From: Octopus sinensis
Taxonomy: Eukaryota
Assembly: GCF_006345805.1 (NCBI RefSeq)
Contig: NC_043020.1
Location: 25,606,001-25,670,000 of the forward strand
Reading direction: 5' to 3'
DNA: 64,000 nucleotides
The notes under the pieces are model-generated. The model made no database searches, had not been told where the DNA came from, and saw nothing but the letters and a program-made list of their open reading frames with translations. Position 1 is the stretch's first letter. Every line of letters starts with the position of its first letter. Of the stretch, positions 24,966-37,385 are shown piece after piece. Both the position numbers and the translations under genes were made by a program.

Positions 24966-25811
24966 TTTAGTGTTTGAAGAAGAAGAAGAAGAAGAAGAAG
25001 AAGAAGAAGAAGAAGAAGAAGAAGAAGAAGAAGAAGAGAAGAAGAGAAGAAGAAGAAGAAGAATTGATATGAAAGATATAATTCAGAAATTTTGATCAAA
25101 ATTCTGCAAAACGAACAAAGTATGTAACAAAATACAACAGAATCAAAGTTTAGCTCAGCCGTGGAATTACTGACCAAGCTAATCCGATTTAAAACGACGA
25201 CAACAACAACAACAGTGGCAAAAATATGAATGTAAGAAATATCAGGATTTAAGAATATAAAATTCTTACGATGGAAATTATGAATATGGCATTATTTCAT
25301 GGGAGGAAATATTTAAAGAATTCGAATTGATTAAAGAAAATTCATACGAACCAACAAAAAGATCTCCTGAGAATAAAAACTTATAGAATTGCACTAACGG
25401 TAAGAAATGCGTGTCCGGCTCTGACAGATTACAGATTTATAATTGGAAATAATCATGGATGGTGTTCTTCTTTTTTCCACCGCTAACCAGGAAGATGGTC
25501 TCGAGAAACTTGAAAGGCGAGATTAAGGATTCTCTTTAAATATCCCCTCATTTTGCTGATTATATCAAAATAAATTTACCTACGTTTCATATTCGAATGA
25601 CATTTTGCACTTATTGGCTATGCTTGCAAGATATTGAAAGGTCATCTCTTTGGAATATTGTATCAATTTGGTCCATTGGTACTGTGTAGAGATGCAGCTA
25701 TTTATCACTAAATTCTAACTATCCATTTGGATTGATTCCCTAATTAACAGATCTGACATAGATTACCGTTGATGTTTGGCTTCAAAACTATTCACCTCTG
25801 TTCCCTTCTTA

Positions 25812-26290
25812 TATTGGGTTGTCCGGAAAGTTCATGCCGATTTTTAAAGGAAAGACAAAGGTCAATAAATACTTGCCATTACATTTTTAATCAACCAATT
25901 ATGAACCATTTTCATGCACAATGAGTCTCCATCTTTCCTTTCACTTGAAAATACCCTCTTCCCAGAATTGAGGTGGTTTCATGGCAAAGAATTCATCAAG
26001 GTATCTTTTTACGTCATCCAAGGAATTGAAATTTTTACCATTAAGACTATTCTGAAGAGACCTGAATAAGTGGAAATCCGAAGGAGCAATATCTGGTGAA
26101 GGAGGGTGGGGTAAAACATCCCAGCCGAGCTGCAGCAATTTTTGTTTGGTTCCCAAAGCATCAAGTGCCGAAAATGAGCTTTCTTATCTTCCATTTTAAA
26201 GAGTTACAAAATTAACACAGGTTATAGGAACATAAACCTTCTTTCACGAAAAGATAGCTTAAACTGTGCTCTAAATGGAGGTGAAGTCAA
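25812..26290 (-). mobile_element. Internally deleted mariner element
   Basis: TA plus TIR ttgggttgtccggaaagttc at 25812. On the minus strand the N-terminus MEDKKAHFRHLMLW is joined out of frame to C-terminal TKQKLLQLGWDVLPHPP-SPDIAPSDFHLFRSLQNSL (YSPDLAP-type motif). The other TIR is not seen. Confidence 0.88.
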
Positions 26291-26319
26291 ATATATTTAT
26301 ATATATATATATATATATA

Positions 26320-26485
26320 CATATGACAGGGTTCTTTTAGTTTCTATCTACCAAATCCTCTCACAAGGTTTTGGTCGGCACGAGGCTAATATAAGACATT
26401 TGCTCAAGGCACCACGCAGTGGAAATGAGCCCGGGACCATGTATTTGGGAAGCAATCCTCTTACCACATAACCACGCCTCCACAA
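26320..26485 (-). mobile_element. SINE family B, 5' half
   Basis: tttctatctaccaaatcctctcacaaggttttggtcggc...accacgcagtgg...ttaccacataaccacgcc. Confidence 0.8.
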
Positions 26486-27173
26486 ATATGTATGACATCG
26501 TTGCCTAATTACCAGTTGTTGACGATAAGGACAATTATAAGGTGACCATTTCTTCTGAAGATGACTATATTAAATGACCAGTTACTAATCTGTGAGATAA
26601 TACTGGTATAGAGCAGGCGGAAATAGAAGAGATTATACATTGCCAGGATAGATTATAAAGATGTGTGTAATATAGTGTCACATTGAAAGATTATTGAACC
26701 GTTGGAGATAAGTGTATTATCTGAAGGACTTATAGGATTAATGAAAAGTAATATCTGTAAATGAAGAAGAAACATGATTCTAAATCAAAAAGAAATTGAC
26801 CTACAATCTGAGACAATTCATAGAAATATAGTAATATTCTAAAGATTCTTGCTTTCGAAATGTTTTGGTCTGGGTCTGATTCCTTACAAGACTAAACGCA
26901 ATTGGGAAACAGAGGACAGAAAAGAGATCAAAAGATTTTCTCGGAAGTTTTTTTTTGTAGGTGACATATGGACATTTCACCCAGGAGATGCCTCGAAGCT
27001 GTGTAAAACACCTTAAAATTTAAAGAATAGAGAGTAAAGTAATGGTAAAATGGTAATGTACTTCGTTTTAGAGATGTCGAAAGGTTGTGGTAAAGTACAT
27101 ATAAACTTAACCGAATAAGCAGTGTTATAATTGTATCTGATATAGGCACAACGCTGCTCATTTCAGAAGATTA

Positions 27174-27388
27174 CGAAGGTGGTGCTGAAAAGTTCCTGTT
27201 TTTAAGGGTATCGCGAAAAGCCTTGTTGGAAGCCCAACCTCCTGAGTTCTTTTATAGGGTTTAAAAAACTGAAGGACATCAGTAATGAGTGAGTGAATCT
27301 GAGAGGGTAACATGTTGAACAAAATCAAATTAACTGATCCTCTTCTACATCCTTCTAGTCACTGCCAGGGACTTCTCAGCACCCCTCG
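27174..27388. mobile_element. ~215-bp mariner-like MITE (related copy at 27760-27955)
   Basis: Left ta-cgaaggtggtgctgaaaagttcct and right agggacttctcagcacccctcg form imperfect TIRs. Confidence 0.7.
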
Positions 27389-27395
27389 TCTGTAC

Positions 27396-27455
<60 letters not shown>

Positions 27456-27459
27456 CTTT

Positions 27460-27710
27460 GTGTAGGCGCGTATTTTAGTGGGTAGGGTGTCAGCATCATG
27501 ATCGTAAGATTGTGGTTTCCATTCCTGGACCGAGCGATGCGTTGTGTTCTTGAGCAAAACACTTCATTTCACGTTGCTCCAGTTCACTCAGCTGGCAAAA
27601 ATGAGTAACGCTACCATGGACCGGCGTCCCATGAAGCTGGGGAACACATACGCCATTGAAAGCGGGAACCGGGCCCATGAGCCTGGCTAGGTTTTAAAGG
27701 GCGCATTTAT
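27460..27710 (+). mobile_element. V-SINE-like family C, full length
   Basis: gtgtaggcgcg...gggtagggtgtcagcatcatgatcgtaag...ttcacgttgctccagttcactcagctggcaaaaatgag...ggctaggttttaaagggcgc. Confidence 0.85.
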
Positions 27711-28889
27711 TATATTTATTACGTATGTACGGGTGTCTGAATGTGTGTATACACACGCGAAGAGGTGCTGGAGAGTTCCTGGCTTTAAGGTGTCCCCCAA
27801 CCTTGTGAGTTTTTTACAGGGCTTAGAAGACTGAAGGGCCACAGCAATAAGTGAGAGAATCTGAGAGGGGGTATATGTTGAATACAATCACAATTAACTG
27901 ATCCCAAAGCCAGGAACTTTTACCCAAAGCCAGGAACTTTTCAGCTACCTCAGCCCCCATTGTATATCGATCGACCCGATATACCGATAAGTTCAGCACC
28001 AACTCCACATTTTACTACAGGTAAAAGATTAGCGGAAAAACTTAATTTGCCGATGGAGAGGACAATTCCAGATCAATTAATAAACATGTTGGAGTCATGA
28101 ATTACCTGACGTAGAAAACGTTAGTCAAGTTTTCCAGAACAGATTATTATTTGAAGATAAGGAATTAAGAGGGTAAGTACTATTTATGGTTGTGTAATTA
28201 AATATATATATGCGTATCTACAGGTGAGTAATTAAATGAAAAGGTAAGTTGTATTACATCCAGTTTAGTAAATAGTTATATTTTACACCTGATTAATCAA
28301 TGAGAAATTTATTTGCAGCTTAGCAATTAAGTGAACAGCTAATTATCTACTGGTTGATAATTAAGTTAAAATACGTGGTCGATGCAGACTCGCTAGAGCT
28401 ACACTTCCAACAAATCTTTACCATAACGGTTCTGGTGTTAGCATTTTAGAAGGAGGTAAGAAAAGAAAACAAGTGTATCTCGGGTCAAGAAAATGTAAGA
28501 AGTTTAAAAGAGAGACTTGCAATAATTTCTCATCAAATTTGGTACAAATATGGTCCAGAGAGAATGGAGGTGTCGGGTGTAAACGAAAAGGCGTGCTGTT
28601 TGGCAAGGATTAATGAAAGAAAAATTCGGTGCATATATTTGTAGCGTGTAATTAAGTAAACTGAGTAATTATTAAGAAATGTATTTACAGGCGAGTAATT
28701 AAGTGAATAAGTAATCATGTACAGTCTAAAAATACGAAACCGATGCAGAATTGCTACATTGTTGAGAATATGTTTTGGGTTAATTTCCCCGGGTCTATGA
28801 ACTGTGACAATGTGAAGAAACAAAATGGACCTTGTTTGAAGGAAATGAGAAAGGGTTGAGAGAAGAACTAGCAATATTTTCTCATCAAG

Positions 28890-29515
28890 TAAGGCAGTAA
28901 GTTGGTAGATTCGTTACCATGCCGGACAAAACGCTTAGCGGTATTTCGCCTGCTGCTACGTTCTGAGTTCAAATTCCGCCGAGGTCGACTTTGTCTTTCA
29001 TCCTTTCGGGGTCGATACATTAAGTTCACGTTGCTCCAGGAGTGGCTGTGTGGTAGGCGCAGGAGTGGCTGTGTGGTAAGTAGCTTGCTAACCAACCACA
29101 CGGTTGCGGGTTCAGTCCCACTGCGTGGCATCTTGGGCAAGTGTCTTCTGCTATAGCCCCGGGCCGACCAATGCCTTGTGAGTGGATTTGGTAGACGGAA
29201 ACTGAAAGAAGCCTGTCGTATATATGTATATATATGTATATGTGTGTGTGTTTGTGTGTCTGTGTTTGTCCCCCTAGGATTGCTTGACAACCGATGCTGG
29301 TGTGTTTAGGTCCCCGTCACTTAGCGGTTCGGCAAAAAGAGACCGATAGAATAAGTACTAAAAGGTGGTGCTCCAGTATGGCCGCAGTCAAATGACTGAA
29401 ACAAGTAAAAGAGTAAAGAGTAAAGAGTAAGTACCAGTTACGCACTGGGGTCGATGTAATCGATTTAATCCGTTTGTCTGTCCTTGTTTGTCCCCTCTGT
29501 GTTTAGCTCCTTGCT
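28890..29515 (+). mobile_element. SINE family B (~29056-29430) nested inside SINE family A
   Basis: The A head stops after gtcgatacattaagt and resumes at aagtaccagttacgcactggggtcg after the B tail (gagtaaa)n. Confidence 0.85.
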
Positions 29516-29835
29516 TGAGGACATCTTTGTTGGGGACATGATTCTACCATTTCATGCCGAGGATTTTCCGGAGGCAGCGCAGGTAAAAGATATTTAGGCG
29601 ACGCTCTTGGCGTGTGTATGACATCACAACCAGCCAGGTAAAGTCTTCGCTACATTTGGGGCACTGCCAGAGGGAGTGTTTATCCAGGATAGGACTACAC
29701 AGCCACAGCAGGAGATGTATTAGGACATGAAATGTAAAAGCCGGACTAGATTTTTTACGCACAACTCCATTGTCTCTCGAGACAAAAAGGATGCCAACAA
29801 CAAAAGGTGTGATGACAAAGTGTACAGTGTACATA
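29510..29835 (-). pseudogene. RTE-clade LINE reverse-transcriptase C-terminal fragment
   Basis: YTRQERRLNIFYLRCLRKILGMKW*NHVPNKDVL matches RTE/BovB-type Y.RQERRLN.FH.RCLR.ILGI.WQD.V.N.DVL. Confidence 0.8.
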
Positions 29836-29867
29836 TTTGTGAGTGAGACACTAAATAAGCAGATATT

Positions 29868-30287
29868 GGATCTTTTCGGTTTGAACGGCAGTTTTTAACA
29901 TAATTTCTAGGTAACTAAAAAAATTTAAGCTTCGTATACTGGTAGAATGTGTTTATAAAACATCTTTTTCTCTTGGCTTTATTGAGAAAATTCTATAGTT
30001 TGTAATATATTTGTTGTTTTGTTTCTTCAATTTCTGCAATTTCAACCAATCAATGACGTCTATTGAGGTAAAAAAAAACATTCTGTGCCGTATGAAAATG
30101 TCCCTCGTTTAAGAAACAGATTGGGTTTAATTATATTTGCGAAGAAAAAAAGATACTCTTCCCCCACCCCTAACCCTAACCCTAAAAAGAGATTGAAATG
30201 CAATAGATCGATACTAGGGTCATAATTATGGGTGACAATTTCATATGACACCGCTAGAAAAAACTGCCGTTCACACCGAAAAGATCC
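29868..30287. mobile_element. 420-bp MITE with an 8-bp TSD, Merlin-like
   Basis: TIRs ggatcttttcggtttgaacggcagttttt / aaaaactgccgttcacaccgaaaagatcc; perfect TSD cagatatt at 29860-29867 and 30288-30295. GG-starting TIRs with an 8-bp TSD fit Merlin. Confidence 0.8.
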
Positions 30288-30727
30288 CAGATATTCATTT
30301 AACACTGAGTACCACATTAAACAACGGGAATAGACATGGATAACATTTGTGTGTCGGAAAGGAAAGTGGTTAAGCCTGAATCACTAAAACGCCATCATAT
30401 TATCGACTCAGTCAGTCGCAGCTCCTAAAATTTAGTATAAATTAGAATCATTTTAACATTTTACGTGACACAGTTTAATTTCTTCCTTTATTTACGTCTC
30501 GCCAGCTTCAAGGATAATTTAAATCAACGGAATATTTATTCATAATGTTATTGTTGTTAATGTTTCTATTTTATTTTTCAATTATTTTTCTTTCTTTGTC
30601 TTTATTAATTTCTTGATCAATTAATAATGACATTTCTGATCCTGTGTTTCTGTCAATTAAAGTATTTCACAACGAAATATATATTTTAATGTTTAATAAT
30701 TTTATAACCTCCTTGCTTTTATGTACA

Positions 30728-30898
<171 letters not shown>

Positions 30899-31074
30899 TC
30901 AAGTACCACTTGAAATGGAAAGTGAGAGTAGAGAGGCAAGTTTTGTCTAGCGAATGTTTTAAAAAAAGATGGGTGAATGTAGCAAGGATGGCACTTATGA
31001 ATGACGAAGCCACCTTGAGAATAATCCTATGAACCCAGAAATTGAAAACAGAGGGTTACCCACTTGCAAACAAA

Positions 31075-31409
31075 TGTGGTAACATATAACAATATTGACC
31101 AAGGTTACCGTGGTCTTTTCGTAGGCTTTTCTTCCCACGGATAAACCTTACTTGCCTTCCCCTTTACACCATACATCATAACACTGTGATACACGATCCC
31201 AATTGATCGTTTTTTTTCCTCTTGCCCTTCCCCCCTTTTTGTTCTTTTTTTGTTCTTTTTTCCCTTTTACGATCCCTTACAATCGAAAACCTACGCCACC
31301 TTTTTTTTGTTTCTTTTACTTTTTGTTTATTGTTTTTTCATCCCCCGAAAGAAAAGCTCTACCTTGTAACTTGTTCCATCTGTGTGCAGCCCGGTTGGCC
31401 AATAAAGAA

Positions 31410-31412
<3 letters not shown>
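31075..31412 (+). mobile_element. Probable LINE 3' UTR fragment, inverted homologue of 7608-7910
   Basis: ggcttttcttcccacggataaacct...ctgtgatacacgatccc; ends gcagcccggttggccaataaagaaat followed by (ATCT)n. Confidence 0.55.
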
Positions 31413-31479
<67 letters not shown>

Positions 31480-31480
31480 A

Positions 31481-31522
<42 letters not shown>

Positions 31523-31734
31523 TATAGGTATGTATATATGTAACCCTATACTACTCAGATGAACCAACTACACACTTGCTCTTGGTGATTTTTCCCTTTT
31601 CTTTGGCTTTTTCCTTTTTCCTATTCCCATTCCGACGAAGAGTTATGCTCGAAACTTCAAAGAGTCACTTTTTACTAAGCGTCAAACTGACACATTCCAT
31701 ATATGTTTTTCTTTTCTAAAAGCTGATACTTATT

Positions 31735-31859
31735 CTAACGGTTACTTTTGCCGAAGAGCTAAGTTATGGAGACGTAAACACACCTACACCGGTTGTCAAA
31801 AAATGATGGCGACAAGCACAGACATAAAAACACACACATACATATACACACATAGACAC

Positions 31860-31896
<37 letters not shown>

Positions 31897-32055
31897 ACTG
31901 AATCTTTTCAGTTTCCGTCTACCAAACCCACTCACATGGATTTGGTGGGCCCGAGGCTATAGTAGAAGCCATTTGCTCAAGGTGCTATGCAGTGGAAATG
32001 AACCCGGAGACATGTTATTGACAAGAAAGCTTCTTGCCACACCTGTGCCTAAACC
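31735..32055 (-). mobile_element. SINE family B
   Basis: Core tttcagtttccgtctaccaaacccactcac and head fragments. Confidence 0.8.
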
Positions 32056-32297
32056 ACCACTTTGAAAGAGAAGCAGCACTATAAACTACATATACTTGAT
32101 GAATGCATGTCGTGTATTTGCCGGTAGGTTGCGAACCAGCGGCGGTGGAGAATACTTTCTCAAAGTTAAAATAGCTGAAAGTCATAGAAAGGTGAAATAA
32201 CTCAGCGTATTCGATAATTTCCTGATGTCTGATATACATGCATACATACATGTAAACATCCTCAATTATAAATACATACATACATATATATCGATAC

Positions 32298-32329
<32 letters not shown>

Positions 32330-32344
32330 TATATATATATTATA

Positions 32345-32392
<48 letters not shown>

Positions 32393-33368
32393 GTATATGC
32401 TTACATATAATCAAAGAAGCAAGGAATAGAATTTGAAGATAAAGATAGGCAACTAGGCAACCCCTCTGTCTCTATCTCACACACATAGATAAATACCTTT
32501 ATGTGCATCAAGAGACAGATAGCTTTGAGATATATAGATATATTATATATAAAAATTATATCTACATACATATATATGAGAAAGCGAGAGAGAGAGAGAG
32601 AAGGGAAGAGAGGCGGAGAATAAGACGAAAAGAAGAAGAATTATGATTTTGTATATATAGATATATATATATAGAGAGAGATAGATATATATTGATATAA
32701 ATTAGCTGATATCACAACACATTACGTTTGTCAGTTGAGATAGATTCAAAGTTAAAATATGTCATTTGTTAAATCCTTTTATAACCTAATGGCACTTTGT
32801 GTTGGTAGTGAATGAGATAGTCTTTGTGGCATCTGGCTTGTCATTTTGACAACGATGGCTAAATCAAACCTTCTTTTCCCTCACGCTCTTCGCTCTTCTT
32901 ACATACCATCATCTATGCAGAGTTACGCGCGCACAGAGAGATAGATGTTCAAGACACTTATATATAAAAGTATATGTCTGTGAGTGTAAACATACATTCA
33001 TATATGCATATATACATACCTGCATGCATATGAATATGTATATAGATATGTTTATATAAAGCATGTATATGTATGAACGAAAATGTTTAAGCATAAACAG
33101 CGATGTACGGTCATACAGACACACACACATATATACGCACGTATATGTATATATATGCATACACTTTGCATATACAAACACACACACACAAACACGCACA
33201 GACACATACATATTTATATATTTGTTTATGTATACATATATATATATTCTTAGATAATACATACATTTACATATATATTATATATATATACATATAATAT
33301 ATATATATATACATACATATAGATATATATATATATATATATATATCAATATACAAATACATACCTAC

Positions 33369-33413
<45 letters not shown>

Positions 33414-33431
33414 CGTACATATATATATATA

Positions 33432-33467
<36 letters not shown>

Positions 33468-34407
33468 ATTTGATTAGATAATACATATTGATATATGGAC
33501 AGGCATACTCGCACACATATACATATATAATATTTATTTACATACATACATGTATACATACATATATACATACATACATAATTCGTCTTACTCTTTCCCT
33601 TAATTCTTTCAAATCTTCCATGAAATGAAGTCAGCTTTTTCCTGACTAAGAAGAAAACTGGGAGCTTCACAAGGTCAGCAGTAAAGGGCCAAATGGGAAT
33701 GTCATAAAAGTCTTGTCTTGTGCATCTTCAGAATTCTTGTAAATTTACTTTGCAGAACACATGTTAAAATGGCTATTTCTGTCAATGAGATTAAGAATGG
33801 CATTTAAAAAGTTTCATTTTAAATTCATCTCTGATTGATGAAACATTATTTTCGCTTGTTGAGTCTTCTCTATCAATCGGCATTTCATTACATCTTATTG
33901 GTAAGCGTGTCAAGGTATAATCTCTTCATCTAGGATGGAACTAAGGACACATACTATGGTGTATTTTCAAACGAAAGTTCCGCTGTTGCTGTGTTGTTGA
34001 TTATACTTACCTTTTGTTTTCGTTGGTATACGCATCTTTATCATTTATGCAAATACATCGTAGAAAATATATATTAGAAACAGAGGCAGTATTATTATCG
34101 AGAGATAATATTTATGCCCACTTAAACTTCGATGTTCTCTTAGAACAAACTATACTGTGGTAGATTCCACGAGAGAACCTCCTATATTGGCTTCTGGGGC
34201 AAAATGTTCTAACAAACCATTCGTATTTAAGTAGGAATAAATATATTGCAGGAGAGGTCTGAGCATTTTTTGTCCATTCACCAGGCGTTGGACAATTAAG
34301 GTGCATGATACAATTCATTGGTTCTTGGGGCTGCGCCGAGTTCTGCAAGGAATATATTTTCATGTGCACAACCCTGCATCCTTTTGCCGTTATTATCTAT
34401 CTACGCT

Positions 34408-35520
34408 AGGCCGGTGAGCTGGCAGAATTGTTTGCACGCCAGGCGAAACGCTTAGTGGTATTTCGTCTGCAGCAACGGTCTGAGTTCAAATTGCGCCAAA
34501 GTCAACTTTGCCTTTTGTCATTTTGTGGTCGATTAAATAGGCACCAGTTACGCATGGGGTCGATGTAATCGGCTTAATCCCTTCTCCCAAATTTAAGGAC
34601 TTGTGCTTCCAGCAGAAAGTATTATCTATCTACACTAGGGGACGAGCTGACAGAATCATTATCTCACCTGAAAAAGCGTTTAGCTGCATTTCTTCCGGCT
34701 TCACGTCCTGAGTTCAAATGTCTTCAGAGTCGACTTTGCGTTTCATCATTTCGGATTCGCTAAAATAAGTGCCACTTAAGTACTAGAGTCGATGTAAACG
34801 AATTACAGCCGCCAATACAACTACTGGTCTTGTGCCTAAATTTGAAACCATTATGTAGGGAGTGGGGCATGGGTAGGGGTCTCAGGGAGTAGCGTCCTTG
34901 CCTTCCTGAACTAGTTTTCCACCACATTTCTTAAAAATCGTGGTAGAGGTCTTGGTCTCGGGACCACTTATGTATACAAACTGAGGTTGGGGGTAAGTAA
35001 GCAAGGCATGCTCCCCCTAGAAAATCCAACACCAAAAAGCCTCATGAGAGTAAAGGAGAATTGGGGTGCGCTGCACCTGCCTACCTTAGTTGCTATGGTA
35101 TTGAGGTAGATCTGACCACCCCGGTCAAAAAAGGCTTAGAGACTTTTCGTCTGTCTTTACGCTGTAATTTCAAATTTCTCCATGGTCAACTTGTCCTTTC
35201 ATCCGTTTGGTGCCGATAAAATAAGTACCAGTTGCACACTGCGGTCCGTGTAACCCAATAGACCCCTCCCTAAATTTCAGCCCTTGTACATATAAAAAAA
35301 TTATTTATCTGCATTAAGGCTGTGAATGGGTAGAAATATTTACACGACGGTCAAAATGCTTGGCAGCATTTCGTCCGTCTTTACGTTCTGTTTCCTATTT
35401 CACCCAGGTCGACGTTGGATTTTGAACTCTCAGAGTCGATAAAACAGGCACCAGTTAAATAGCTGGGTCGCTGTAACCGACTAACCCTCTTCCTATAAAT
35501 TTCAGGTCTTGTACCTACAG
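34408..35520 (+). mobile_element. Cluster of four co-oriented SINE family A variants
   Basis: Copies at about 34408-34620, 34635-34850, 35140-35325 and 35325-35520, with gagttcaaat/gtcgact...gtaccagtt...ggggtcgatgtaa. Confidence 0.8.
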
Positions 35521-36384
35521 CATTATATACCTACATTAATATTTAGATAGACGTATGTAAATTTATAATCCGGGCAGTGAATTTGTAAGGTTAGAAGCAG
35601 TTGTTCATAAATATATATTTTTTTTATATCATTGATTATGGATGAAATGTTGGAATCTAGAATGAAGCTGACCTGCACAGCAGTCAATAAGTGTTGCATC
35701 ATGGAGATTTTGCCTGCATTTAATGGACGTTTTGATGGGAATATTCCAACATTAATCTTTATGTTAGAATATATAAATATACTCAAGCACAGAAATGTGT
35801 TTTATTTATTTGTGAAAGCAGTTCTTTCTACGGATGTCATTCTGAATTGTTTTAGCAAAAATAATAAGATACGGCATAGGAAAACCATATTTTGTTAATA
35901 TATTTGGACAGCTGGTCATCACATGTTGAATGTCATCTACAGATATATGATATAATCGGCATCTATGTTTGTATCTTAAGACTTTAAAAGCTTCTATATC
36001 TGTCTCTTCTTCTTTTTCTTTCTTTTTTTTTCTTAAGCATTATTTTGCCAGTTATTCTTTTCGATTATAATAGCATAACAAATCTGACATGATATAACAA
36101 CTCTGAGTCCAGAAAGAGCGTGATATAACGGTCAGGTTTCTTCTTGCCATATTCGTATATTACACAATTTTCTGGAAAACTTACAGATGTATAACCTTTT
36201 TCATTGCTACGCAGAATGTTTCACAAACGGGTATTTGTTAAGGTATACCGCAATGAAATTATTTTGATACTAAGATTTTTCTGAAAAGGAACGGTAGCTC
36301 AAAGAGCCATTTCCAGAGCGTCCAAGACTTCCGTAGCAGTTGAGTGGATGGTGCGACACACATCTAAGGAAAATATTCTTTGCA

Positions 36385-36550
36385 TATAGGCGCAGGAGTG
36401 GCTGTGTGGTAAGTAGCTTGCTTACCAACCACATGGTTCCAGGTTCAGTCCTACTGCGTGGCAACTTGGGCAAGTGTCTTCTGCTATAGCCCCGGGCCGA
36501 CCAATGCCTTGTGAGTGGATTTGGTAGACGGAAACTGAAAGAAGCCCGTC

Positions 36551-36593
<43 letters not shown>

Positions 36594-36820
36594 CGTGTAT
36601 GTTTGTGCGTCTGTGTTTGTCCCCCTAGCATTGCTTGACAACCGATGCTGGTGTGTTTACGTCCCCGTTACGTAGCGGTTCGGCAAAAAGAGACCGATAG
36701 AATAAGTACTGGGCTTACAAAAGAATAAGTCCCGGGGTCGAGTTGCTCGATTAAAGGCGGTGCTCCATCATGGCCGCAGTCAAATGACTGAAACAAGTAA
36801 AAGAGTAAAAGAGAGTAAAA
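36385..36820 (+). mobile_element. SINE family B, full length
   Basis: aggcgcaggagtggctgtgtggtaag...ggttcagtcc (tRNA-like head), internal (TA)/(TG) tract, tail ggcggtgctccatcatggccgcagtcaaatgactgaaacaagtaaaagag. Confidence 0.93.
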
Positions 36821-37197
36821 CAGTATATGGTTGGTCGGTTACGTTTGGCTTGAAGCAAAATCTTATTTCAATAAGGTTGCATTAGTTTCTCATTATCATT
36901 ATGGAAATGAAAGAATGGTTAGCGGCACCTTATTGTGACGCTTTGTTGCACGCACTATGGAATCACGAAAATAATGATAAACTCATGAATGTTATGTTAG
37001 TGTGTGCGTACGTACGTATATATGCATGTATGTATGTATGTATGTATGTATGTATGTATGTATGTATGTATGTATGTATGTATGTATGTATGTATGTATG
37101 TATGCAGGTATGTATATGTCTGTTTGTCTGTATGTATGTATGTATGTATGTATGTACGTATGTTTGTATGCATGTATGTTTGCATATATATATGTAT

Positions 37198-37385
37198 GTA
37201 GAACGTAGTCAGATCGTAGTCTGCCGTTACGTTCTGAGTTCAAATTCCGCCGAGGTCGACTTTGCCTTTCATCCTTTCGGGGTCGATAAATTAAGTACCA
37301 GTTACGCACTGGGGTCGATGTAAACGACTTAATACTTTGTCCTTGTTTGTCCCCTCTATGTTTAGCCCCTTGTGGGTAATAAAGA
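37198..37385 (+). mobile_element. SINE family A, 5'-truncated
   Basis: ctgccgttacgttctgagttcaaattccgccgaggtcgac...gtttagccccttgtgggtaataaagaaac. Confidence 0.9.

Noticed and set aside
34003-34060. Perfect minus-strand donor (aag/gtaagtat); also a cluster of donor-like words at 28170-28230 and one at 25399
   Set aside because: No matching acceptor with a convincing open exon; such words are expected by chance in 64 kb.
36385-36460. tRNA-like sequences
   Set aside because: SINE heads continuous with SINE bodies; no complete cloverleaf could be supported.
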